This document shows, piece after piece, positions 23,040 to 36,109 of a stretch of 64,000 nt of DNA (position 1 is the stretch's first letter; each line of letters starts with the position of its first letter). Origin of the DNA: Mobula hypostoma (Eukaryota); contig NC_086097.1 in the NCBI RefSeq assembly GCF_963921235.1, forward strand, positions 27,220,001 through 27,284,000, in the 5' to 3' direction. The position numbers and the translations under genes are program-made. The notes beneath the pieces are model-generated. The model ran no database searches and had not been told where the DNA came from. It saw nothing but the letters and a program-made list of their open reading frames with translations.

Positions 23040-25960
23040 AATGATTCCTTTAACCATGACCTTTTTCACATGTACGTTAAACATAGTGAGTACATTATTG
23101 GTATCAATAGCCGACAGCCTGAAGAGCTGGAGAACAAATTTGAGGACCTAAGGCCAAGATCACTGTATCAGAGAGAAATGGAAAATTGCTGTGCTCTGAG
23201 ATTCACAGAGACATGGCTCACTTTGGACACTAGATATGTCGATCAGATCTGAGGACTTCTTGATTCACAGGATGGACAGTGCTGTTTTGGAGAAGACAAA
23301 AGGTGGCCCAGAAGATCTGTTTCATGATAAACTCTTTGTAGTTCTTGGACACAGTGGTCTTTGTTGTACTCTTGTTCACCCAATCTGGAGCATCTAATGA
23401 TTAAGTGTTGACCATTATACTTACCGAGAGTTTTCCGTGATCCTGACTGCAGTTTACATTCTGCCACCAGGCTCTCGAAGTATTGAATGCTGCCTTCAGC
23501 AAACAAGAAAAAATTATACTGATGCCTTTCAAGTCATTGTCAGAGACTTTAATCAGACTTGTTTGAAGAAATCCCATGCATCAGAATCATCAATGTAGCA
23601 CCAAGGATCCGAACACACTTGACTACTGCTACATGACAATTAGATATGTCTACCATTCTATCCCTGGAGCACACTTTTTTTTTGGCTATCCTGCCTGCAT
23701 ACAGATAGAAGCTATAGAGCAAAGCTCCAAAGATAAGGACAACAAAGAGGTGGTTGGGGGAAGCTGAAGAACAACTTTGAGTCAGTAGACTGGCCTGTGT
23801 TTAAGGATCTGAATGAATACATTAAGGAGTTTATAAAAATAGTCATAAACAAGTGTGTGTGTCCCCACAAAACCATTTAGTCTTCCCTAACCAGATGCCC
23901 TGAATGAGCCTCAACCTGCTGAGGGCCAGTTAAGTGGCATTCATGTCTGGTGACCGAGAGGTCAAAGTATGATCTCTGAAAAAAACAATTTCATGTGCGA
24001 ACTGGCAATTCTGGACCAAGCATGAGTCGCTGAAGGATGCTCGACAGCTGTGACGGAGTGAAACCAAGCCGATGGGGACAACAAGGCTTTGTTCCCAGAG
24101 GAGCTCAATGACTTCTATGCTTATTTTGACCGTCAAAACATGAATGGGCCTTCATGAGCTACTACAGCCTCCGATGACCCTAAATTTCAGTCCTGTGGCT
24201 GATGTGAGAACATCCTTCAGGAGGGTGGACCTACAGAAAACATCCAGTCCAGCTGGAGTATCTGGCTGAGTACTAAAGACCTGTGCTGATCAACTGGCTT
24301 GAGTATTTACTGATATCATTACCCTCTCACCTTCAACTGTCTGAACTTCAAACAGGCTTAATTTATACCAGTGCCTAAGAAGAATATGGTAGCATGTCTC
24401 AATGGCTATCATCTGGTAGCGCTTCCACTGTAATGAAGTTAGTGATGAAACATATCAACTCCTGCCTGAGAAGTGACTTGGATCCACTCCTATTTGCCTA
24501 GTGTCACAATAGGTCCACACCAGATGCCATTTCATTGGTTCTTCTCTAACCCTGGAATATCTGGTCGGCGAAATGCATACATCAGGATGCTTTTCATCGA
24601 ATACAACTTGACTTTCATTACACAAACATGAGGAATTCTGCAGATGCTGGAAATTCAAGCAACACACATCAAAGTTGCTGGTGAACGCAGCAGGCCAGGC
24701 AGCATCTGGCTGGCCTGCTGCGTTCACCAGCAACTCTGATGTGTGTTACTTGACTTTCATTACTATTGTTCCCGCAAAACTGATAAATAAGCTTCAATAC
24801 CCTGGCTTCAGTACCTTCTTGTGCAATTGGGAAAAAAACAGTCAGATTGGCAACAACATCTCCACAATCTCCATTAGCACAGGTGTACCACAAAGCTGTG
24901 TACTTAAACCCCTGCTGTACTCACTTTACACTTATGACTGTGAGGCAAAGCTCAGCTCCAATGCCATATTTAAGTTTGCTGATGACTCCTCGCTGTCATT
25001 GGCTGAATCAAAGGTGCTGACAGATCAGCATATAGGAGGGAGATTGAAAATCTGGTTGAGTGGTATCACAACGACAACCTCTAACACAAAGTCAGCAATA
25101 CCAAGGAGCAGCTTATTGACCAGGAGGAGGAAACGGGAAGTCCATGAGCCAGTCCTCATTAGGAGATCAGAGGTGGAGAGGATCAGCAGCATTAAATTCC
25201 TCAGTGTCATAATTTCAGAGAATCGGTCCTGGGTCTAGCGCATAAATACCATTATAAAGAAAGCACAGCAGTGCCTCTGCTTCCTTGGAAGTTTGCAAAG
25301 ATTCAGCATGTCATTTAAAACTTTTGACAAACTTCTGTAGTTTTGTGGTGGAGAGTATACTGACTAGTTACATGACAGCTTGATATGGAAACACTAATAC
25401 CCTTGAATGAAAACTCCTGTGGGGGGCAGGGGGAAAGTAGTGGCTATAGTCCAGTCCATCATGGGTAGAGCCCTCCCACACCATTCAGCAGATCTACATG
25501 GAGCGCAGTTGCAGGAAAGCAGCATCCATTATCAAGGATCCCCACCATCTAGGCCATGCTCTCTTCTCACTGCTGCCATCAGAAGGTAAAGGAGCTTCAG
25601 GACGCACCACACCAGCTTCAGGAACAGTTATTATCTCTCAACCATTAGACTCTTGAACCAGAGGGAATAATTTCACTCAACTTCACTTGCCACATCACTG
25701 ATCTGTTCCCATAACCTATGGACTCACTTTCAAGGATTCTTCATCTCATGTTCTTGATATTTGTTGCTTATTGATTTTTTTTTGTATTTACAGTTTGTTG
25801 TCTTTTGCACATTGGTTGTTTGTTCATCTTGTTGGGTGTGATCTTTCACTGATTCTATTGTATTTCTTGGATTACTGAGTATGCCTGCAAGAAAATGAAT
25901 CTCAGGGTTGTATATGGAAGCATATAAATATTTTGATAATTTTATCTTGAAGTTTGAGCT
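23040..25960 (+). mobile_element. Decayed, near full-length Rex1/Babar-type LINE (APE endonuclease, RT, 3'UTR)
   Basis: ENKFEDLR..CCALRFTETWL (endonuclease), STGVPQSCVLKPLLYSLYTYDC..FKFADD (RT), C-terminal SSIKFLSVIISE, family 3'UTR ending near TTGAAGTTTGAGCTTTG. Many stops and frameshifts. Confidence 0.85.
24622..24747. mobile_element. Short Penelope-like fold-back insertion inside the Rex1 RT, with a 16-bp TSD
   Basis: TSD ACTTGACTTTCATTAC at 24606-24621 and 24748-24763; 38-bp inverted arms 24661-24698 / 24710-24747. Confidence 0.85.
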
Positions 25961-25984
25961 TTGCCCACGTGTTGTCATGTTACA

Positions 25985-26185
25985 GCTGCCAACATAGAAT
26001 GCCCACAACTCACTAACTTAAACGATACGACTTTTGGAATGTGGGAAGAAACTGTAGTATCTGGAGGAAGCCAGTGTGGTCATGGGAAGAATGTAAAAAC
26101 TTACAGCGGTAGAAATTGAACCCAGATCTTCTGTTTTGCTGGCATTGTAAAGACTTATACTAACTGCTACACTACTCTGCCACCC
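25985..26185 (-). mobile_element. V-SINE-like SINE
   Basis: CTTTTGGAATGTGGGAAGAAACTGTAGTATCTGGAGGAAGCC (reverse V-domain) and AATTGAACCCAG (reverse B-box-like). Confidence 0.65.
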
Positions 26186-26614
26186 TGGATCTGTAATATC
26201 AATCCAGAAGTTATCTCTGTCATGAATGAACACAGTGAGCTGCTGAAGTAGAGAACTCCTAAAGTTTACCATCCCGTAAGTGAAGAAACAAACGCCTCCT
26301 CATCTCAGTCTTAAGCAGCCTTATTCTAAGATCTTTACTCCTGGTTCTGCACACCTCACCTAGTGCCTGCATCCAGTCTCTCAGGTCCTTTAGAATTTTG
26401 TTTGTTTCAATGTGATATCACAGTGTGCAGGCCATCTGCTCAATCTGTCGTTGGAGTTAGTCTAGTGATTTTTTTTAAATTGCACACAGGAAAGTGCATA
26501 GTTTCTTAGAGACCCAGACTATATCCAATACTTCAGGGGCTGTCATAGACTCGTAGAATGATACAGCATAGGTTCAGGTCCTTTGGTTCAGCTGGTCCCC
26601 TGACCACAGCAGAA

Positions 26615-28425
26615 GACCATAAGATACAGGAGGAGAATTGGGCCACTTAACCCAAGAAGTCTGCTCCGCTGTTTTATCATGGATGATCCATTTTTCTTCT
26701 CAGCCCCAGTCTTCTGCCCCCTCCCCCATATCCCTTTATGCCCTGACCAATCAAGAATCTATCAATCTCTGCCCTAAATATACATGAAGACTTGGCCTCC
26801 ACCGCTGCCTGTGGCAAAGAATTCCACAGATCCTCTACTCTGGCTAAATAAATTCCTCCTCATCTCTGTTCTAAAAGGACAGCCCTCTGTTCTGAAGCTA
26901 TGTCTGCTGGTCTTTCACCATTAACTTATCAAGGCCTTTCACCATTCAATAGGTCTCAATGAGTTCTTCCCTCATTCCTCTGAATTCTAGTGAATACAAG
27001 CCCAGAACTATCAAACACTCTGCATATGAATAATTTTCTTGAAACTCCTTTGAACCCTCTCCAGTTTAATCACAACTTTTCTAAGATAAGGGCCTAAGAC
27101 TGCTCACAATTCTCCAAGTGAGGCCTTATTGGTGCTTTGTAAAGTCTCAACATTGCATCCTTGCTTTTATATTCTAGTCCTCTTGAAATGAATGCATCAG
27201 CCTTCCTCCCCACAGGCTGAACCTGCAAATTGACCTTTAGGGAATCCTGCACAGGGACTCCCACATCCCTCTGTGCCTCAGATTTTTGTCTCTATTTAGA
27301 AACCCTTCAGTTCTTCTACCAAAGTGCATGCCCTCTCTTTGGCTTTTATGTTGGTTTTGACTTCCCTCGTTAGCCATGGTTGTTTCATCTAATCTTTAGG
27401 ATGCTTCTTCTCTTTGGGATGTATATATTCTGTGCCTTCCAAATTGCTTCCAGAAATTCCAGCCATTGCTGCTCTGCTGTCATCCCTGCCAGTGTTCTTT
27501 TCCAATCAATTCTGGCCAACTCCTCCCTCGTACCTCTGTATTTCCTTCACTCCACTGTAATATTGATACATCTGACTTTAGCTTCTCCTTCTCAAATTTC
27601 AGGGTGAATTTGACCATATGATCACTTTCCCCTAAGGATTCTTTTACCTTCAGCTCTCTAATTAATTCTGGTTCATTACACAACACCCAATCCAGAATAG
27701 CTGATCCCCTAGTAGGCTCAACCACGAGCTGCTCTAAAAAGCCATCATGTAGACATTCTAGAAATGTCCCTCTTGGAATCCCACACCAACCTGATTTTCC
27801 CAACCTACCTCCGCATTGAAATCCCCCCTGACGATTGTAACATTGCCCTTTTGGCATACATTTCCATCTCCTGTTGTAACCTGTAGACCACATCTTTGTT
27901 ATTGTTTGGGGGTCTGTATACAATTCCCATCAATGTCTTTTTACCCTTGCATTTCTTTAGCTCTAACCACAAAGATTCAACTCCTTCTGACCATATGCTA
28001 CCTCTTTCTAATGATTTAATTTCATTATTTTATCAACAAAGCCACGCCACCTCCTGTGCCTATCCTTTTGACACAATGTGAATCCTTGGACATGAAGCTC
28101 CCAGCTACATTTTTCTTTCAGCCATGATTCAGTGATGCCTATAACATACCTGCCAATCTGCAACTGTGCTGCAAGTTCTTCTACGTAATTCCGTATACTA
28201 CGCACGTTCAAATATAACGCCTTCAGTCCTGTATTCACCCTTTTCGATTTTGTCTGCCTTTTACATTGCAGCTCATCCTGTTGACTGCCCTATCGCCAGC
28301 CTGTCCCAGCTAGGAGTCTCCCTACACATTGGCTCTGTTTGTAAACCAACTACTTCATCTTCAGCACTATCACTCCAGTTCCGATCCTCCTGCCAAATTA
28401 GTTTAATCCCACCCGAACAACTCTA
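26615..28425 (-). mobile_element. CR1 LINE with endonuclease domain and 3' end but no RT core
   Basis: Minus ORFs LKALYLNVRSIRN..VIGITESWL and FLECLHDGFLEQLVVEPTRGSAILDWVLCN..LGESDH; CR1 3' end and tail at ~26615. Confidence 0.85.
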
Positions 28426-29419
28426 ACCAACATCCCCTCGACTCGTCCCAGTTGCCCACATTCAGCCCAGAACCCCATGAAGCTCCTCCCCTCTATGTAC
28501 CTATCCAAATACCTCTTAAATGTTACAAATGTACCCAGCTCAACCACGTCACACCTCATTCCAAATACTCAGTACCTGTGTAAAGATTCATTTATTTATC
28601 ATGTGTACATTTAAATGTACAATGAAATGTATTATTTATGTTGACAAGCAATACAACCTAATGATGTGCTGGTGAAAGCCTAGGTGTGTCACTACAAATT
28701 CTGGCAGCAACACAATGTCCACAATGTTTACAGAACAACACAGGCATCACAAACAGCAGCAACCTCTTCCCCCACACACCCACACATGCATACCCAACCT
28801 CAGAACAGGCTGCCTCTGGCCCTTCAACCTCCCATCCCCAGCCCGGATTTATCGCCATTGGGACTCTGATTTCTGGCCATGCCGGCCCAGGGCCTTCAGC
28901 GATTAGGTCTTGAACTCTGGACTTGCTGATTTTTGACCTTTGGTATCCGCACCAGGACTCTCTGGTAATGGGACTTTGACCTCTGGACATGAGCGGTATT
29001 TTGACCAAGGGACTTGCCAATCTGTTGGGTGGAGGGTGGGGAAGCAGTCATTGTCCTCCGTCCATGGTGCCCACTGACCTTGGTCGATAAACACGGGCAT
29101 CGCTAGACTTCATTTTCATCACCTGCCCACCCTGCCTACCTGCTGAACACATCTCGTACCTTTTTTTTGTCCTCCTGACTTCCTTCTTAAGACTGCACTT
29201 AAATTTTATGTATTTTATTTATTTTCATTTCATTTTAGAGGTACAATACAGAATAAGCCCTTCTAACTCTTTGAACCAGCATCCCCTGACAACCCCCAAT
29301 TTACAGGACAATGACCAGTTAGCCTACTAACCAGAGAAAAACGTGCCTTCCATGGGGAGAACATATAAGCTGCCTAAAGGATGCCAGGATTGAACTCCTA
29401 ACTCTGAAACCCTGAGCTG

Positions 29420-30480
29420 TAGTCAAAGTTCTAAGTAAAATTTATTATCAGAGATTCTTTGTCCTATGGACATACTTAGCAAAGCTATGGAATCAATGAA
29501 AGAGCAAGTCTAATACAGAAGGCAACAAACTGTGCAACTATAAATAAATAACAATAGATTACGAGAGTGTGAAATAATAAGATAAAGAGTGAGATCATTG
29601 GTTGTGGGAACATCGCAATAGATGAGTGCAGTTATCCTCTTTTGTTCAAGAGGCTGATGGTTGAGGGGTAGTATCTTTTCTTGAACCTGGTGGTGTAACT
29701 CCTGAGGCTCCGGTACTTTCTACTTGATGGCGGCATTGTGAAAAGAGGATGGTCTGGGTGGTGAGGATCTTTGATGATGGATGCTGCTTTCCTATGACAG
29801 TGTTTCATGTAGCTGTGCTCAGCGGTTGGGAGGGCTTTGCCTGCCCTTGTAGGATTTTCCTTGCAACTGCTTTGGTGTTCCAATACCAGGCTGTAATGCA
29901 CAATTTCCACTACACATCTATAGAAGTTTGTCAAGGATTTTTGATGTCACGCTGAATCTCTGCACACTCCGGAGGAAGTAGAGGTGCTGGCATGCTTTCT
30001 TTGAAATTACATTTCTATGCTGGATTCTCTGAGAGAGTGATACCCAGGAATTCCTTCACCACCCAGACCATGCTCTTTTTTTCCAATGCTGTCATCAGGT
30101 AGAAGGTACAAGAGCCTCAGGAATTTCACCACCAGGTTCAAGAAAAGTTACCACCCCTCACTCATGCTACTGACTCTCTCCACTGATCTTCCAATGAGGA
30201 CTGGGTCACGGCCCTCTGGTTTCCCTCTCTTGGGGTCTACAATCATTTCCTTGGTTTTGCTGACACGGAGGGGTTGTTGTTGTGACACCACTCAGCCAAA
30301 TTTTCAGTCTTCCCCCTTGTACGCTGATTCATCACCACCTTTGATTTGGCCGACAGCAGCGGTGTCATCAGCAAACTCGAATGCGTTGTTGGAGCTGTGC
30401 TTATGTACACAGTTATAGGTGTAAATCTGGTTGAGCAGGGGGCTAGGCACACAGCCCTGTGCTGCACCTGTGCTCGTGGC
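29420..30480. mobile_element. Rex1/Babar LINE fragments (mostly minus strand)
   Basis: Minus ORFs TNFYRCVVE..RKAASIIKDPHHP..RKYRSLRSYTTRFK and STGAAQGCVPSPLL..FEFADDTAAVGQI. Confidence 0.8.
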
Positions 30481-32262
30481 TTTTGTGGAGGAGATTTGCA
30501 TTAGCTGCTATGCTACTGTGACACCCGTATTTTAAAGAGCGAGAGACTAACTTTATTCGTCACATGTACATTGAAACGTGCAGTGGAGGGTATCATTTGC
30601 TGGGGAGTTCTGCAAATTTTGCCATACTTCTGGCACTAGCATAACAAGTCTGCGCCTTAACCCTAACTTTGGAATGTGGGAGGGAACTGGAACATCTCGA
30701 GGAAAGTCACGTGGAGAACAAACAAACTCCTTACAGGTCAGCAGTGGTAACTGAGCCCCTATCTCACAGCAGGCACCACTACACTACCACACTGCCTCAA
30801 AATTTCTCAAGGGATTTACTTGTACCCGGTGGCTTAAACACCAATGTCCTCAAGTCTCTGAAGCATATAGGTTAGTAAGACTGCCAGAGACAAGTGTTCA
30901 AATCCTTTACTGCAAAAGCCTAACATAATATTTGCCCTCCCCTCCTAATTGCTTGTTGTATCTGCATTGACTCTGCAAAGTAGCAGCAGTTTACATCTAT
31001 ATAATACCATTTAATGTAATAAATTGCCCCAAGGTATTGCAAAGAGTTAACAGATGAAGTGCCAAACCACAATCGTAGATAAGCCAGTTGGCAACTTCAT
31101 CCAACTAGCAGAACCAGTTCATAAGAAAGGGTGGTGGAAGAAGTTCAGAGAGTGAATTCCAGAGTTGAAGTTTCTGGGCACGGTGGTTGAAGGAATTAAA
31201 TACAGACTGTCCAAAAAGCCAACACTGAAGGAGCCCGGATACTTGGCAGAAGCTGAGTAGGCTATTTGGCACTTTGTGTCTCCATATACTCTAATGTCCT
31301 TATTGTTTAAAAGTATTTATTTCCAAATGGCTGCCTGATTTACTGAGTCTGACACTTTCTAGACAGCACACTCAGGAGAAACTCCACCCTCTTATTTATT
31401 TTTGACAAGCTCAAGAATTTTGCACAGTTCAATGTTATCATTTCCCGTACTGGAGAGGAATGGACCATAGATTCGTAAAGCAATACAGCAAGGATAAGGG
31501 CCTATTGCCCCAACCAGTCTATACTGACCACGATGCCCACCCAGCTAGTCCCAATTTCGAGTCATGGAGCACTACAGCACAGAGAAAGGCTCTTCGGTCC
31601 ATCTAGTCTAGGCCTAACTATTATACTATTCTGCCTAGTCCCATTGACTTGCACCTGGACATATCCCTCCATACCCCTCCCATCCATGAACTTATCCAAA
31701 CTTCTCTTAAAAGTTGAAATTGAACCTGCACCCCCACGTTCTCTGGCAGCTCATTCAACGCTCTCTTTACTCTGTGAAGAAGATCGCCCCCAGGCTCCCA
31801 TGCAACACAAGGTATAAAAGCACATACCACCAGGCTCAAAGAGAGCTTCTACCCACTGTTATCAGACTCTTCCTTCGTACAATAAACTGGACCCTTGTCC
31901 TCACGATTTACCTCGCTGTGTCCTTGCGCCTTACTGTCTAAGTGCTCTGCACTTTCTCTGTGCCCGTGACACATTATTCTGCATTCTGTTACTGTTTTCC
32001 CTTGTACTGTCTCAGTGTACGGGGTAATGATTTGATTTGTATGAACAACATACAGGACATGCTTTTCAATGTATCTGTTACACGTGACAATATTAAACTA
32101 AGTTACCTACAGTATTTAGACTGGCTTGGCCTTACCCATGTTTAATTAACTTGACACAGTTTGTCAAATAATCCCTTCACAAGTCGTAGTGAACTGTCCC
32201 CCAAACTATCACAGAAAATGCTAAATCTGCCACATTTAATTTCAATTGGCACTGTCTAAGGA

Positions 32263-32436
32263 GTTTGTGAGTTCTCCCTGCGACCGCGTGGGTTTGTACG
32301 TTCTCCCTGTGACGGCGTGGGTTTACGTGTTCTCCCTGTGACCGCGTGGGTTTGTGCGTTCTCCCTGTGACCGCGTGGGTTTGTACGTTCTCCCTGTGAC
32401 GGCGTCGGTTTACGTGTTCTCCCTGTGACCGCGTGG
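32263..32436 (+). repeat. 29-bp x6 minisatellite made from the V-SINE core
   Basis: Unit GTTTGTACGTTCTCCCTGTGACCGCGTGG repeated 6 times within a SINE; normal SINE sequence resumes at GTTTCCTTTGGGTGTCCTGG. Confidence 0.9.
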
Positions 32437-33424
32437 GTTTCCTTTGGGTGTCCTGGTTTACTCCCCATTCCAAGGAAGTACAGGTTAGGGTTAGTAAATT
32501 ACGGGCATGTTATGTTAGCGCCAATTGTGGAGGACAGCCTGTGTATAAATGTCTCTCTCCAGCAGACTTCATCATGATCATCATGACTCCAGTATTTCTA
32601 CCATTTTTTAATGTTTCTTAATTGTACACATGATTTTTTTTTGTGTTCTATCGCTGAGCAGCAGTGAACCATCTGATTGGCCTATCAGAGTTCTCTTTGG
32701 GGACTAGTTGACTTGATCAGCATTTCTGATCTGGCTATTGTTCACGGTTGCACTTAATAAAAAAAACGCATGGCATCATTTGTAGGCTGCTCCCGGTCTG
32801 TGTCGGCACAAATGATGCATTTCACGGTATGTTTCGATGTGCATGTGATAAACAAAGCCTGCCTTTGTATTTCAGGACTTTAATCATGCATACCCGGTAG
32901 ATTTTATTTTAGATGTTCTTGCTCCCAATATTCCAACACATTTTAACTCACTTTCTTCAGACACTGCCCAGTGCTGTGATAAGTTTGCCAGTGAACCTGT
33001 CCAGTTTAAAAAGGAGAGCAGGAACTGGGGTCCCGGTAAACTTAAAGGAAGCATGGGAAGCAGGATCCCAGTGAGTGTAAGGGAAATGTGGGAAGCCAGA
33101 TTCCGTACCATTGGAAATTTCCGTTGGTGGACTATCAGAGATTTTCTGTATTTTCCAAGTTCCCGGGTCAGACTTCATAAATTATACATTCTAACATTAA
33201 TAGAAGAGGTTGCAGTGATAGAGAGGGCCAAGCTGATTTGAAAACTGGAATTAGAATTTTAATGTTGAGACAATCCTTAAGCAAGAACCAGAATCGGCCT
33301 GTGAGTGTATGAACATATGGAAGGACATTATGTTGTTGGCCCGGTGACTTGGCTAACTTTCCTCATTCAACAAATCTTGGCCAAGTTCTCGTTCCTTTGT
33401 GTATTCTTTTTATTTTGAGATTGG

Positions 33425-33750
33425 TGCGTTGCTGGCACTGAGGTGTAGCAGCTGGCGGAATGCTTCGCGGCACCAGTGATTAGAGCTCAGTTCCCGCCGT
33501 TGCCTGCAAGGAGTTTGTACGGTCTCCCTGTGACCGAGTGGGTTTCCTCTGGGTGCTCTGGTTTCCTCCCACTTTCCAAAGACGTGCGGGTTAGAGTTAG
33601 TAAACTGCGGGCACGCTATGTTGGCACGTAAGTGTGGCGATGCGTGCGGGCTGCCCCCAGCGCACGTCCTCGGATGGTGTTGGTTGTTGCACAAATGACA
33701 CATTTCACTGTTAAGTTTCAATGTACATGTGACAACTAAAATTAATCTTA
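33425..33750 (+). mobile_element. tRNA-derived V-SINE/HE1-like SINE
   Basis: GGTGTAGCAGCTGG (A-box-like), CAGTTCCCGCC (B-box-like), GGAGTTTGTACGGTCTCCCTGTGACCGAGTGGGTTTCCTCTGGGTGCTCTGGTTTCCTCCCAC core. Similar copies at ~35150-35390, 42900-43120, 44095-44235, 60405-60735 and 62530-62705. Confidence 0.8.
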
Positions 33751-35566
33751 TTGCTCATCCCAAATTGAGAAGATAGTATTGGTGTTGGTTTATTACTGTC
33801 ACGTGTACCAAGATACAGCGAGAAATTAGTTTTTGCATACTGTGGCAGCCGGCCAGTACAGTCACTTTGGCGACATTAGAGTCATAATGCGGTTGGGAGG
33901 CAGTTCTGGTGACATTAGTGTCAAGGTGCCTTTGGGAGGAAGTTAATGTCCAATGATTACTGTGACGTGGTGATATATTACCAGGTCAAAGTGGTACATG
34001 ACAGGGAGGAGAACCAACATATCGGTGGGTTGCCCATGTACCTGAAGCCCTTGTCACAGCCTGGTACAAAGCAGAAACAGTTTTGCTCATCTACACCAAT
34101 CCCATTCGCCCAGTTAGGGCCACTTTCTTCCCTGCCTACATTTATTTTTGTTTTTTTTATTTAGAGATACAGCATGGTGCCAGGCCCCTCCAGCCCAACG
34201 AGCCGACCCCTCCCTTTGGTACCGGTTTATTATTGTCGCATGTGCCAAGGTACAGTGAAAACCTTGTCTTACATACTGTTCATACGGGTCAGGTCTCTGT
34301 ACTGTGCTTTCAGCTGGGATAAAGCAAACTAATAACAATGCAGAGTAAAGTGCAGAGATCAGCAAAAGAAGTGTGGTGCAGGTAAATGATAGCAGTGCAA
34401 GATCCTCATGGGGTAGATTGTGAAGCCAAGAGTTCATCTAATTGTACAAGAGCACTGTTCTGAAGTCTGATAACAGCGGGATAGAAGCTGTCCCTGAGCC
34501 TGGTGTTAGCAGGATTTTCTCTTCCTAGAGATGCTGCCTGGACTGCTGCGTTCACCAGCAACTTTTATGTGTGTTTTGTATCTTATGCTCGATGGAGGAG
34601 GGGAGAAGAGAGAAAGTCTGGGCCTTTGATTGGGCTTTACTGAGGCAGTGAGAAATGTAGACAGAGTCCATGGAGGGGAGGCTGGTTCCTGTGATGTGCT
34701 GAGCTGTGTTCACAACTCTGCAGTTTCTGTGGTCACGTGGGGAACAATTGTCATACCAAGCCGTTATGCATCCAGGCAGGATACTTTCAATGGTACAACT
34801 ATAAAAATTGGCAAGAGACAGTGGGGTCATGCCAAATTTTCTTAGCCTCAAGCCTGGTGGTACGTGCTTTCAAGCTTTTGTATTTTCTGGTTAATGGGAG
34901 AGGAGAGAAGAGAGAATGTCCCTCTCACTTCTTATCGCCTCTTATACATTGTAGTTTTATCTGATACCACCACTTGGCCTGATAGCGTGTTCCAGATGAC
35001 AACCACACCCCGTGTAATAAACTTAGCTAACAGATCTCCTTTAACATTAATTATTCTCACCCTAAAACTGCCCTCCTGCCTTTGATAACTGTTCTACCCT
35101 GCAGGAGAAGTTTTTAGAAGTCTGCCCTATCTATGCCTCTCATAATGAGGGTGGCACCGTAGCAGAGCAGTTACGGTGCCAGCGGGCTGGGTTCGATTCC
35201 CGCCAGTGTCTGTAAGGAGTTCTTCTTGTGATCTGGGGGGGCGGGGGGGGGGGGTTCCCTCTCACATTCCAAAGACGTAAGTTAATTAGTAGGTTAATTG
35301 TTCAGATGGGTGTGATTAGGTGCTACGGGCTTGTTGAGCCGCAAGGAACTGTAACGGTGATGTATCTCTAAATTAAAAAAATAAATAAAATAATGTTTTA
35401 TGTGGTTATCAGGTCACGCCTCAGCCTCCTTGTTTCCAGGGAAAACAAGCCCAGACTATCCTGTCTCTCATCGTAGATAAAGTCCTTTCTGCTCGTATGT
35501 TTCTTTAAGCACAACGTCATGCTCTTGCCTGATCAATCTGTGTAACAGCTTTCCCAATTTAGCTTT

Positions 35567-35713
35567 CCCTTCGTCCTGACCCTTCGATGGGTCTCGGCCT
35601 GAAACGTCGACTGTACCTCTTCCTACAGATGCTGCCTGGCCTGCTGCGTTCACCAGCAACTTTGATGTGTGTTGCGTGAATTTCCAGCATCTGCAGAATT
35701 CCTCGTGTTTGCG
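35567..35713 (+). mobile_element. Young Penelope-like 3' fragment with a rearranged hammerhead 5' half
   Basis: GGGTCTCGGCCTGAAACGTCGACTGTACC...CCAGCATCTGCAGAATTCCTCGTGTTTGC, nearly identical to 3109-3224. Confidence 0.8.
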
Positions 35714-36109
35714 TTTTTATTCATTAACCCTTTCGTTCCCATGATGAATTTCCTGAAACCTCTCTGGACCCTCTCCAATGCCAGCACATCATTTCTTTGA
35801 AACACTGCTCACAAAGCTCCAAACACAGTCTGGCCAATGCCTTATAAAGTCTTGACCCTTGAAGGATTGTTGAGCGTTTTGGAGCTTGATTGGGCAGGGA
35901 CTTTGTCCAGATTCATTTAATGTTGTTGAGCCCAAAATCATCTGCTCTAATTGTATTGAAGAAGGGTAATTGGTTTGTCATTGTCAAATGTACAGTGAAA
36001 AGGCTTTTGTTTGCATACACCCAGGCAGATCACTCCACACTAAGTACACTGAGGTAGAACAAAACAGAAGTGAAGCAAAGAGGAATATAGTGCTTGCAAT
36101 TACAGAGAA

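Noticed and set aside
32263..32436. CRISPR-like regular repeats (also 47836-48102)
   Set aside because: No unique spacers, no cas genes, eukaryotic context; these are simple tandem repeats.
33112..33123. GGAAATTTCC NF-kB-like palindrome in unique sequence
   Set aside because: A single short motif could occur by chance; no supporting context.
33425..33500. tRNA gene-like A/B boxes
   Set aside because: They are the heads of tRNA-derived SINEs; no cloverleaf.
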